A stretch of 64,000 bases of DNA from Lingula anatina (Eukaryota; Animalia; Brachiopoda). Shown here piece by piece: positions 50,327 through 62,344 of the stretch. The first letter of the stretch is position 1; each line of letters starts with the position of its first letter. The notes beneath the pieces were generated by a model. It had not been told where the DNA came from. It worked only from the letters and a program-made list of their open reading frames with translations, and searched no databases. The position numbers and the translations under genes are program-made. The stretch lies in NCBI GenBank assembly GCA_051362555.1, contig CM120641.1, positions 36,772,401 to 36,836,400 of the forward strand, written 5' to 3'.

Positions 50327-51106
50327 AAAATGGTATATTAGATGCTTTCTCTGAGACATTTGCAATGCACAGCATATATATATACCAAGGACTTTACAGT
50401 GTAAAACCTAAGTGAAAATCAGTGTGATTTTGAATGCAATACTAGAGCTGATATCCACTGTTAAAAAACCGAATAGGTCAATCCATGATTAGAATTTGTA
50501 TTTGGGTGCATCTACCTGGAGTAAAATTTTCTATCGGGACACACCATGCAACAATTAACAAAGAAATAAATCTCGATAAAAAGTCATTAATCATTCCAAG
50601 TTGATACTTGCCCCATTGCTCTCATTATACTCAACTAATACTGGAAAATAATCCACAACTCAAAACAGAAGAATTCACTTTATTTTCCAAATAAAAAAAT
50701 ATTTACAAGGGTATATAAAATGTATATCAGCAACACAGAAAGCCTACCCCTAGATCATGTCTTTTCATACCATCATAAATGCCTATTTGCCAACCTAATA
50801 GCATGCGGTGTGGAATCTATATATTATTTATAGTAGTATAAATTTGATTTCTTCCAGCTGCAGCAGCAATTATATAACAATATAACCCAGACTAACAACT
50901 TATGCATGACCAGCTGTAGGTCATGGCAGCCCTGACTAGCAAATAATGTGGTAGAGATGGGCTTGGCGGGTGGCTGAGAAACTCCAAATTTTGGTCATTT
51001 TTTTTCTTCTCCAAATTTGGAAGAAATAATAAAAGGAATGCACTTTTTTTTCATCTTTCAAATGAGAAATGATTCAAATTTTGGTTCAATTTTGTGTTTT
51101 GTTTTG

Positions 51107-51150
51107 GCCAAAATTTTGTGACACCAGTGAACACCTGTGAGCACCTACAG
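51107..51150 (-). promoter_or_regulatory. Putative intronic RNA docking site for mutually exclusive terminal-exon choice
   Basis: + strand gccaaaattttgtgacaccagtgaacacctgtgagcacctacag (RNA: CUGUAGGUGCUCACAGGUGUUCACUGGUGUCACAAAAUUUUGGC). Single copy, ~1.2 kb after the common donor, reverse-complementary to motifs upstream of ~30 alternative exons. Confidence 0.8.
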
Positions 51151-52385
51151 ACTGTACATGCAAGCATCAGCTGCCTTAAATATGGAGGGCAGCTACTAGG
51201 CTTGGGGGTCTAAGAAATCTGTCAGACACGAAACAAATATATTTAAATATATATACAGATACATATATTAATACTATAGATTTACTTCTATATTCATTAC
51301 TCTCAGTTGTCACAAATATTTAAACATTATTTTTTAAATTTCAAAATATTAATGGCAAGCTGTTAACTTTTAATTCAAAAATTTCAAACCATTTAAAAAT
51401 TAAATCAATTGACAATTTAAACCAAGTTTCAAAAGATCAGCCAATCCAAAGCCCATTTTCTGAAAAGTCTATGTCTGTTATCTGTCTATTAATTTGCTGC
51501 TGTAAGTTTTTTTTTTAAATCTTGTTAATGACATACTTGCACAGTTTCTCTTAAATGAAGGGGTCACCCCAGGTGGAGTTTAATTTTTTCAGAAACAAAA
51601 GAAAAAGCAAAAGGTAAACAGTTCACTTCATACGGGCTGCATCGCTTATCTTTTGAGAGGACAGATTTCCTAAACCCCAAGCCAGGTTAAGGGAAAGAAC
51701 AGAAACAGAGAGAATGTTCATATTAAAGTTAGAAACTGCGAGCTCAATAACCATCCCATTTTTCTTAAAAAAAAAAAAAAAACATTCCTTTAAAATAATG
51801 TCAACCTGTTAAGACATGATAACTTGACATTGGAAATGTAAGACAATTTGATATCCAAGTGCCGAAAATAGTACACTGCAGTTTCCAGCTTTGAATTCAT
51901 TTTTTTTTTTTTCAAAATACTAGGCAAATTTGATCTCAACTTTACAATTCCAAATAAATACCAAGGTTTTTCTGTCATTCTTTTTTTTTTTTTTTTGTCA
52001 AATGTGCCTAGATATAGCAATACCCATCCATTCATCCAGGCACACTAGAAATTTATACTGAAGTGAGGATGGATTCTTCATGGATGGATACAATTCAATG
52101 TAAAAGAACAAGCAGAAGCAAAGTGAGATTTCTTTCAATACAGTGAAGTTGTCATTTATTTCTCAAAAACTTTCGATAATGTATAAATGCAAATGACACA
52201 CATCTTTTAGGCTATAACAATGAATTTATTGAAATGGGAATTCACCAGGACTACTTTTGAGGACAGCTCAGCATTTTGCAAAATTCCACATGCTGGATTG
52301 AACCTAGTTCTTGCACAACCAGAAATCTCTCCCACTTTGGCTTGTATCCTGAGTAAAATATTGGTACAAAAAGACTGGTACTTAC

Positions 52386-53446
52386 ATTTCTTGGTTTGGC
52401 AGGAGACTGTGTTTGAGAACTGCTGCCTTCACCAGCACTGTGATCAGGAGATTGCCAGTTGGGAATTAAAGAGTTATTTGGATCTGAGGGGAATGATAAA
52501 GAGTCTGATGCCTGACTGGGACCAGCACCTTCATGTTCTTCATTTGCTATAGAGAAAAAGTCTTGTATGAATGGAGTGGATTGTGCTTGATCATTGTCCG
52601 AGTTAAATGAAGACACCACCCCCGGTGCTATAAATGGCCCAGGAGGAATATCTTGACTTAAACTTTGGTCCCCCAAACTTTGGTGAGATTCACCGTCGTC
52701 TTTGTCAGAAAGTTCGACTACATCTTCCTCTTTTTTAATTTCTATTATCACATCTTTGGCATCAAAGGGGTTTGTGTTCATGTTGTCAGTATGACTGTTT
52801 GATTCTTGGGTATTTGAGCAATCAGATTCAGGAACAAGCTTTGGTCTTTTGGAAGCTGATGGGTCCATCACATGAGGGGAGCCTGAAGCTGCACTTGGAG
52901 CCCCAGAAGCTGCACTTGGCTCAGATCTTTTCCCAGCAACATTTCTGTACAACTGTCTTGGAGAAATTGTCTTTTGTGGTGCTACATCATCTTTTTCTGG
53001 TCTTCGACCAGAGTGAAATGTAGTCAGTTTTGTATGAGTGTTTCTATATTCTACTGAGGAAGGAGAAGTGAGATCTGGCAATGAAACGTGATCACCAATG
53101 TGGGGAATTGCCTGTAATGTAGGGTCATTAGTTTTTTCTTGAGAAACATTTCTTGGTTCTGAAATATATAGACTAGTAGAATCTTGAGCACCTTTTCTAT
53201 GAGTAGCACCATCATTTCTGTTTAAAAAAGTCTGCCTGTCAGGAAGCATGTGTCTTTGATGAGGAGAGATTGCTGCAGGTGGTGGTGGTTCAGTTCCACC
53301 CCCTGCATCCCCTTGATAAACTTTGAAAACTTTCATTATCTGAGCCACAAACCTCCCATCTTCATATCCAATTTCCAAATTTGAAAGTTCAAGTGAAACT
53401 ACATTTTCTTGTTTGCTTTTCACTTCAATACTGTGTTGAAATTCAC
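52386..53446 (-). CDS. Common (constant) exon 2 of the multi-isoform ZF locus; long disordered Ser/Pro-rich region
   Basis: tctttag acceptor (phase 1); ORF 52251-53465; ends SPAKPRN|gtaagt, a phase-0 donor at 52385 compatible with all downstream exons. Confidence 0.85.
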
Positions 53447-53669
53447 CTAAAGATAGATAATACAAAATTCATGCCAAGTGAAAAGGTATAAAACTTTTCA
53501 AAGTTGCACACAAACATTGCACGAAACAATTTGCTAAATGCTTACATCTAAATTTCAATGGTTTCTGAGCACAAAAGTGTTTAATTCCACCAACCGTTTA
53601 ACACTATGCAAGAAAAAAAAGCTTATTGAACAAAGCAACTTGAGACATACACAACAGCTTTTTTCATAC

Positions 53670-53778
53670 CTTCTGTATTTGTTGCCACAAATTTGCACAG
53701 CTGGCTTTCGTTTAATGCAGCACATGTTTTAACCAGGTCCAGTGGCAAGTGTATGTCAAGCTTGGAAATCTTCAACAT
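53670..53778 (-). CDS. Common coding exon 1 (ATG at 53778): MLKISKLDIHLPLDLVKTCAALNESQLCKFVATNTE
   Basis: ttttcag acceptor before 53786, ATG 8 nt inside the exon, phase-1 donor g|gtatga matching the next exon. Confidence 0.75.
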
Positions 53779-53797
53779 ACTTATTTCTGAAAATTGA

Positions 53798-53852
<55 letters not shown>
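53798..53852. repeat. (AAT)n microsatellite
   Basis: Direct reading. Confidence 0.95.
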
Positions 53853-53856
<4 letters not shown>

Positions 53857-54399
53857 TAATTCAACATACTCATTTCTGATAATTATAATATAATAAAATA
53901 AAAACAATTTGAGAAATGACACAAATTTAAGTATTTGTTGAAAAAAGTCACTGATAAACTTCAGATGACTATAACCACAGATATGAGGAACTTAAATTTG
54001 ACAAGTATTTTCTATCACCAAACTACCTAAAAAAATTTCAAACTTGGATAAATTACAAATAACATGAGAATTGATATCAAATGATGTTATGACATTACTG
54101 GTATGAAAAGTTAATAGATTAGATTAGGTGTGTGTGTGGGAGGGTGGGTGTGGGGAGGGGGGGGGGGTAGAAAAGAATGATCAATGGTTGGAGCTCATGG
54201 GCTGCTCCCTAACCTGAGTAAACATCAGCATTAAATATATAAACCTTTGTGTCCAAAGCGTGCATAAAACATTTACCCAGCAAAACCTTCAATCAAATGC
54301 TACTATCAACTTTGCTTTAAAAATAAACTTCACAAAGTCCCTCTTAGAGGTGCTACACGTGAGAACAATGAGCCAACGGGCTTTGGGAAATTCCCACTT

Positions 54400-55030
54400 A
54401 TGTAATCATATGCCGATTAGAGCGCCACCACTAAATGGCGTCATGTGTCAATCATGCCGGTTTTTCCCCCAGAAGGAAGTCGCCATTTTTCAACCGAAAG
54501 ACAAGAACAAAGAAAAATAGCAAAACTGATGTACTGTCGCCTTATTCTAAGAGCTGCGAGTGAAAGGAATAGTTTTGTTAAATCTTAAGTAAAAATGATG
54601 TCTTCACATCGGTTAATTTTAAAACGGATACTTATGGGTTGGCGTGAGATCTTTTGTCCGTACAGCCCAAACCCCAAACAAACTGCAGCCAGCCGGATGC
54701 TGCACAAACACAACGATTACAGCAACCAGTTGCGTAAATGTCAATCGATTTTCATGTAACTAGCATCCAGAGAAAGCCATGATCATACCCATACCTTTTA
54801 AGTGGCGAAACACAGGCAATTTACGGTGAATTTTTTCAAATTTCACCAGTCGACAATGGTTCCGTGATCCTCCGCATTCCGTGTCTAGTCGAAACCTGTG
54901 ACGTCAAGAACCGGTGCGATATCATGTGACCTGCACCAGCTGCCTGGCAAATCCGGTGGTCGATGGGCGGTACCATCTTGGCAATACTGCATAAATTATG
55001 CCGATGCTGGTGGCAAATGGTAGAAAAATA
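54400..55030. promoter_or_regulatory. CpG-enriched promoter/5'UTR region of the ZF locus (possibly bidirectional)
   Basis: High CpG density, YY1-like CGCCATTTT (54481), CRE TGACGTCA (~54899), candidate minus-strand donor aag|gtatgg near 54794. Confidence 0.55.
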
Positions 55031-55428
55031 TGCACCTCTCTCTCTCTCTCTTTGTTTTCTTTTTTCTTCTGTTTTATTGTGGAGATTGCACAGTAAAATA
55101 GACGAGAATACACCAATCGTAAAAAAGGCAGATATAGAGACGAAAAAACCTTTCAAGTCCGTCAGCAAATGCATTGTGGTAGCCTATCACCTGCATCCCT
55201 GATCCCTCGGCCCTAATCAAATGTACATGTACATTAACTGCTCTCGCTTGATTTTTTGTTTGTGATGAAACAAATTATCTAAAATTGATTTTACCTGTAC
55301 ATTCGCCATATACTGGTACCGTCTAGGCATTATGCAAATGTTTTCATTAGAATATTTTAATATTAAGATATATTAATATTGCTCTTCTCGACCCCTTTGT
55401 GGTCAAGTGGGGTCGATAACTGGATGAC

Positions 55429-55465
<37 letters not shown>

Positions 55466-56429
55466 ACCACCCTCCCATCACGTCTTTTTTTTTGCTGCCA
55501 CATCTTCCCCTAGGTCCCACCAAAAGCCAGGTTCTTTTTGCTTTAACTTGCATGTTTTTTATATATTGAGGTAAAATAAGTTGCATCTTTTCTTAAGTTG
55601 ATGATCGATAAATGATCTAAGAGTCATGAAGAGAACAATTTGTAAGCCCATGCCAAGTTTCAAGATATCCGCCGGGAAATTCCCACCTGAGGGCAGCACC
55701 GTATTGGGATTCCCTTACAACATGGCGTAAAGTTTGGTACCGCTACTGGTGCCGTAAGTTTTTTTTTTTTGTAATTGAACCTAGATGAGCATTGTTTTTT
55801 TCTGATTTTCTAAACCAGCATAATAATACCCTAGCAAAGGTTAATGTTGTGCAGCATATGTATATAGCTGAATGCTTCTGCAGAACGTGTTGGTTCAGTC
55901 AAAGCATAGAAGTACTGTAGAGGAAATACGACCTTCGATTCAAAGCTTGCATCCTTTTCATTCTCATTTCAACAAGGTTGTAACGATAATGACATCATAC
56001 AGCTGCTTGATTGAACCAGGGAATTATATCGTAGATGATATAATTCCCTGATTGCACCAAGGGTCAGTTAGGGTACATGTAGCACCAGGGTCTGTTAATT
56101 TAGGACACCGACTTTTACAATATTGTTTGGTGCACGTCGGTATGATATACATGTATCACTGTGTACTTGACACGTTTTTTGTTGCTAGTAGCCATACAAT
56201 TACTACTGGGGGTATGTGGTTGACATGCCTGAATTCAAACTGTATCTCCATGGTATGTATATGGTATGTATATATACTTTCATAGTTGGTTGTTTAGACT
56301 GCAGCACTTAGAAGTCATGCATCCATCAATTAACAGTGAGTGACATGAAACAGGCACTTTTATAAAAACAAGCTGTGATCACTATGATTACGTATTGGTA
56401 CATTTTGTACATTTTGTAGTGTCTGCCTG

Positions 56430-56850
56430 GGTAGACCTGTCCTCAATAGCTCTATGGTGAGGGACTCACATGGTGAGCGAACGTCACAGGTTCAATCCTC
56501 AGTCCAGTCAGGTATTTTCCCCAAAAAACAATGGACTCCATCTTTCAGCATTTGAGGAGGGGGGGGGGGGGGGGAAGTGTAGAGACTGGCCAGGAAAGAA
56601 CTGGGTCCCGTAACTTGAAAGCATCGTGCATTGTGAGCGAGCGCAAGCATCTCGATTCCATAACTCCCCCATACTCGTCCCATATAATACATAATCATTG
56701 TAGCCTTTATGTGATATATATCGCTATTCGCAATACACGATGCTTTTGAGTTACGGGGCCCTGGACTTGATAGCTTAGAGGTAGAGCACTGACACTAAGT
56801 GAGCGCCTCAGTTTCAATCGTAGGTTGAGTCAGGTATTTTCCTCCACAAC
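56430..56850 (+). mobile_element. Two degenerate tRNA-like (A/B-box) SINE-type units
   Basis: tagctctatggt..ggttcaatcc..agtcaggtattttcc (~56447-56520) and tagcttagaggtagagcact..gtttcaatc..agtcaggtattttcc (~56771-56842). Confidence 0.45.
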
Positions 56851-57234
56851 ACTACAATTTTTATAAACATTGAATAATAACTCATTGTACCCTAGTCCCA
56901 ATTTAAGGTCTGCTACACGTAGTTAAAATTGTCAACTGCACTGATCTACTAGTACCGTTACTAAATGGCAATTATAACTGCAGAGCAAACAAGTTTTAAG
57001 TCACTGCATGGAAACAAACTATTTACTCTTGGGTATTTGTGTGTTAATGCCTAACATCACATTTTCTCTTCATTCTTACATATTACTACTATATTGCATC
57101 ACTAGTCTGACTATATATATATATGACTATAATACTATAGGCCTGGGGAATTGATCACATGTGAACATTAACCAGGCAATAGAATTAATAAACACACTCT
57201 CATACATATATGCATGCATGCACACACACACATG

Positions 57235-57291
<57 letters not shown>

Positions 57292-57847
57292 GGAACAATA
57301 TAAACAAGATAAAATCTGATCAATTTTAACAAATTTAAAGAACTCTTAAATTTATCAAGTAGACTGTGTATTGGTTTTTCTACTTTGCAATCTTATGAAC
57401 TGCAAGATAAAAGCTGGCATATTGGAATAGATATTTTCTGCTGCCTGAGATTTATGGCTAGAAATATTTATGTAAAAGTTATCTGAACAAGACAGCAGGT
57501 AGGAAAGAAGGGCCCTATCTTCCGTTCAACAGTCTTTTTACATTGTAGGCAATTTTACTTCAGGCTACATTATATGGAGCAGCATGAATCACTTATGCCG
57601 TAGACTGCATTCAGATTCACACATTGTTCTAGCTGGGTTGGTCCAATTCTGCCAGGGATTCTCTCTTAAGTGCTATCATTGGAATCCACTTAATTATCTG
57701 ACACGCCTTCTTTAGCAGCTTGGGGGGAGGGGGAATGAACTATCTTGTGCTTATTAAACTGATTCCACTAAAATGCACTTTTGTGAGAAACTTCCAGAGA
57801 GTTGGACAGACCCAGCTAATACGATGGGTGGATATGAATGCACCCTT

Positions 57848-58075
57848 AGACCCCATTCCCATGGATTTTAGATCGATCTATCCCTGTGGGGAGTCTCACT
57901 AGATTACTGTCAGCTTAGCCGGCTTAAGCGTCTGTTCCGCCTACTAAAAGCTGTAAGGGGGTAATTAACTATGGTGCGTGCTCGGCTGACTGCAATTTAG
58001 CGTGAACCCCCAGGGAGTTAGGTCGATCTAAATCTAAATCTCTGGATCGATCTAAATCTCTGGGAATGCACCCTT
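57848..58075. mobile_element. Palindromic MITE-like element (family A)
   Basis: ccattcccat..gatcgatctatc..ggggagtctcacta / gcaatttagcg..cccagggagttaggtcgatc..gggaatg; same family as 20390 and 22264. Confidence 0.7.
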
Positions 58076-61000
58076 AGTCTTGGTCAAACCAACTTATCAA
58101 GGGGAACATTTCTAAGTTTGTCTGGTGTCTCTTAAATTATTATTTTGATAGCTTTTCAAACATATATTGATTGCAGAAAATTGATGCCATAAAAACTGTT
58201 AAAGATTTTAAGAGGTCTTATTTAACTTTTGTGTCAAGTAGGAATTAACATGTAAAAGCACTATGCAAGTATTTTTCTTTTCTGATACCACAGCATGTTC
58301 GCAATATAATATGCAGTTTTTGGGAATAATGCCATTGAAATATGATTTGTGCAGCTAATTTTTTATGATTTTGTTTGGCATTCCACAGGGATCTGCAAAT
58401 CAAATAAATGCGGGTTCTTAGAAGAGGAGCTTTCCATTGTTATAGAGCTTTTTTCAACAACAACTCTGCTAAACACCAGATCATTCAAAGAAACATGGCG
58501 GTAGAGGCAACTGGCATCAAGTTCCTTGGGTAAGTTTTCTTTGTTGTAATTGACATTGAAATTCAGTTAATCCAGGAAACCGAAAGAAAAAATTGAGAGA
58601 GAAAGAGAGATTTCCTGAGCCCGTAGATTGAAAGGATACCCAATTTTCATCATCTCAAATCTCTCCAAATCTTTTTTGAAAAGGTGAAGGTTTAAGCCCT
58701 TACTCAAATGTTGAATTTTATGAAAGTTATAAATGAATGGAAGGCAGGTAACTGCACATTTGGCTTAATTAATTGAAGAAGACCATGAATCTAAGCAGTA
58801 TATATATATGGTGCAAAGTATGTTTGGATATAGATCTTGATAGAGTGATGGTCTGTAACAGTTTGTTAATGATTTGTTGACAGTGCATTAAATATTATAA
58901 TTTTTTACACCGAAGTTCATTTTCTTTTATTATCTTCTACATATTTTGTAGAAATAGGCTCACGATGCCAAGATTTGCATTGGAATTAGTCCACATGTAA
59001 AATAAAAATCTACCCATTTAAGTTGCTGTTGTGGGCATCAGATATCCATGATGATAAAAAAGTATAAAGCTTTTTTTATGATCCTAACACTGTAGCAGTT
59101 TGTACTCATTTCAAATTGTGTTACCACAGGGTGCAGTACAATGTGGTAGAACAGCCTGAAGATGTGAACACAACTAACACAATGTATATTTTTTCTTTTT
59201 GGCGTTATGACATTTAAATTCTTTAATATTTTTTTACTGATAATAATATGTAAATTTATATTCATTTTAATAGTTAAGGAGTTTTTTCTTTATTTTTTCT
59301 TTTGTACACTTAGAAAATTGAATATAATTTTAAAAAATTTATATGAATTTAAAGTGACATATTTAAACATTTTGATTTCTTCTTTTTTCATTGATCTTTT
59401 TTATAGAAACATCTCTATAAAAGTTGCTGTCATTACAGTCAAGTGGGTCTGAAGGACAGTTATGTAAAATATAATTTAGCACTAATGACATGTACAGGAT
59501 GCTAAGAATATGAAGAAAAAATATAAAGGATGATATATTTGTCTTTATTTTGCATTGCACTACACTTTTACCAAACTTTTGTTCCAGAAGAGCTTTCCCA
59601 TGAATCTGGCTGTCAATATGTGGAATACCTAATGGAGGCATCTGTCATAGTATTCTCCAGACATTTGTTTTCTGTGATGCAGCAAATGTGTAACAAATAC
59701 CAGTATTTCACAGTTTCATAATTGACAAAATGGCTATTTATTCAATGTTTTCTGCTTAGTGGGTTTTTTGCTCACTTGTAACCAATACCCTTTTTTGGAA
59801 ATCTGAGTTCTAGAGAGAAGTTTGTTTCCCTAACCTAGATTAGGAATTAAGGAAGCACGACTTATTGCAAGCATTTTGAATAAGTTTATTATAAGAGGTA
59901 ATTTCTCCTCATGTATCAAATGTTCATTTTCCTCAGATGTTAGGTTTCCATTTTAGTTCCATTAGTCATTGGTTATATGAAATTGTGTCATCCGAGGGAT
60001 TTTATGTACCAATTAGGTTATTTTCCCAGAGCAGAAGAAGTGAAATTCTGTTGTTTGTTTCTGTTATCTGAAAGCATATTGTGTCCATTGGCATATTGAT
60101 ATTTCAGACGTCAACATACTTTTTCCATTGCAGAGTGAGTGAGAGACAGATACAAATTTATGTATCAACATAGTTTTTCCATTGCAGAGTGAGTGATACA
60201 GATATGTAAAGACCACAAACATGTCCTAATAATCAAGACACAGCAGAATTGGCCTAGTGGCATTTTATTGTTTGTCAGAAAATTAATGGAAGGTTTGACA
60301 GTTGGAATTGATTGTCAATTATGGCATATGTAATTAATTGTTCTGAACTACTTCTGGCTACTGTTCTTTGCTATAACATATGTGAACATGTTCATCTCTA
60401 ATTATTTAGCTGTAAATTAAAATATTAGGAATGAGATATTGAGAAATTCATCCACTACCCCCCTTTCCCCCAGCAACCAATTCTTACAACAGTGTGACCC
60501 CTTGAAGATTATTTGATTAAGGTTAACTTTTGACTTGTTAATGAAGTAATTAAAAAAAGCAATTCTGTATAAAATATTTTGTCAAAAAAGAAATACAATC
60601 TGTGGTTAAAAGATCATGTATATTGTGCTGTTACAAAAAAAAAGTGACATAGAAAAAATTAAAGGTTGTTTTCCTGAAAAAAAAAAAGAAAAAGAAAGAC
60701 CTACTCATTTATAAGCAATTGACTGGCAAGTCCTCATTTTATCTAGTGAATAATGAGTTTAATTTCCTGAACCTTGCTGCAGTTATAATTAAGGATGTGA
60801 AGTTTTGTCCCCATTTATTCTTCTGCTTGCTTCAGAAAAAAAGGGGAGTGATGTTTTGTTCACAGGTTACAATTTAATCTTTTGATATAGTCAACATTTC
60901 TCCTAGGCAAAATATGCAGTTTATACTTTTTTATGTTATAGTGATTTGTAAGGACATCAACAGATGACAAATGATTTTACAAATAAATGATATTTATACA

Positions 61001-62344
61001 ATGTACATATTAGACTAACAAATAAACGTATTTGGTTCTAGGTATTTGTACAGTTAAAGAATTGCAGCCTGATCTGACTTATCATAAATATATTCAGCAG
61101 TGACAGATAAGTCAGCCAAAATGTTTGTATTAATATTTCATATTTTCAGCTCATGATATCAGAAATGCCCTCTGAACATATATAAATCCAATTATTTGCC
61201 ATCAAATGGCGTTTTATATAAGGCAATTGTGATAAGTGCCCAATGTATGAGGGCCACCATATATGCTTTACTTGCATTGACATACCACACACTTCTTTGA
61301 AGAGTCATGCTATGATTATGAAAAATTTATTTGGGATGTAAAATCTGTTTTACTTAGTATCCAGCTAAAAAGTTCAACCTTCACTTTAACAGTTTAATGA
61401 TTAAAAAAAAAAATTCAGATAAAAGTAATTTCAAAGTAAGAACCTATGCCTAAATTTCAATTCATATTATCAAAAATATGCAGGCAGAAATGTACACACA
61501 CATATGCACCCTTTTTTTTGCTGATAAATACCTATTTTAATTAATCTATAGTGTTCATGAGTAAAATAAATTCTAGATGACATAATAGGGTTAAATTTTT
61601 TTAGACTGTAAATGATAAATGACTTAACAGGTATTATGAAGTTTTTCATTTTTCTATTTATTAATATTTGATTTTGATGGCTAAATATATATATGAACCT
61701 TATGAAAGTATGAAATGTGCTAAATGTAAAGGTGCTTGACTAGCTCAGCGTTTTAAATCAGAATGTTATCAATAAAACTTGTATCCATCTTGTTCATTTC
61801 TGGTAATGCATGATCAGTAAGCATAATTGTGTTTTTTGAGGGACAAAGTGCTTGACAAAAAATACTGCATACTTTCAATAATTTTTTTATGAACCTAATC
61901 TCAAATGTTTTTGTTAATTCTGTTTCTTGGTATCTGTGTGTATTTTTAAATTTTTTTTTTTCAAAAATTGGAGTTTCTCTGCTTTTATGGATTAAGTATT
62001 GTGTAATATACTGGTATTGCTGTTAGTGTGTAACTGGAGCAAAAAGCTTTTATTGATAACATCTTTCTAGCGGTAATTTTTTAGATCCTTAAAAAGTACC
62101 TTAAGGTCATTTGATTAACTTTACTGTCTGAGAAATGAGTATTTGATATCCACAAGAGAGCCATTCTATTCTCACTACATGAATACAGTAAATGGGTTTA
62201 TGATAAATTACATGTAATGCAGTATGTTGTTTTTCATACTGTATAAAGCCTGTTCATACTAACAAAGTAGAATGGTTTCTGAAACTTTTTCTGGACAGTG
62301 TGCACTGGAATTGATTGGAATACAGTAGTACTGGACACAAAAAC

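Noticed and set aside
53623-53922. ORF with poly-Leu resembling a signal peptide or TM segment
   Set aside because: Poly-Leu is the intronic (AAT)n microsatellite; only 53670-53778 is coding.
56430-56850. tRNA genes
   Set aside because: A/B-box-like motifs are degenerate and no clean cloverleaf is visible; treated as SINE-like repeats.
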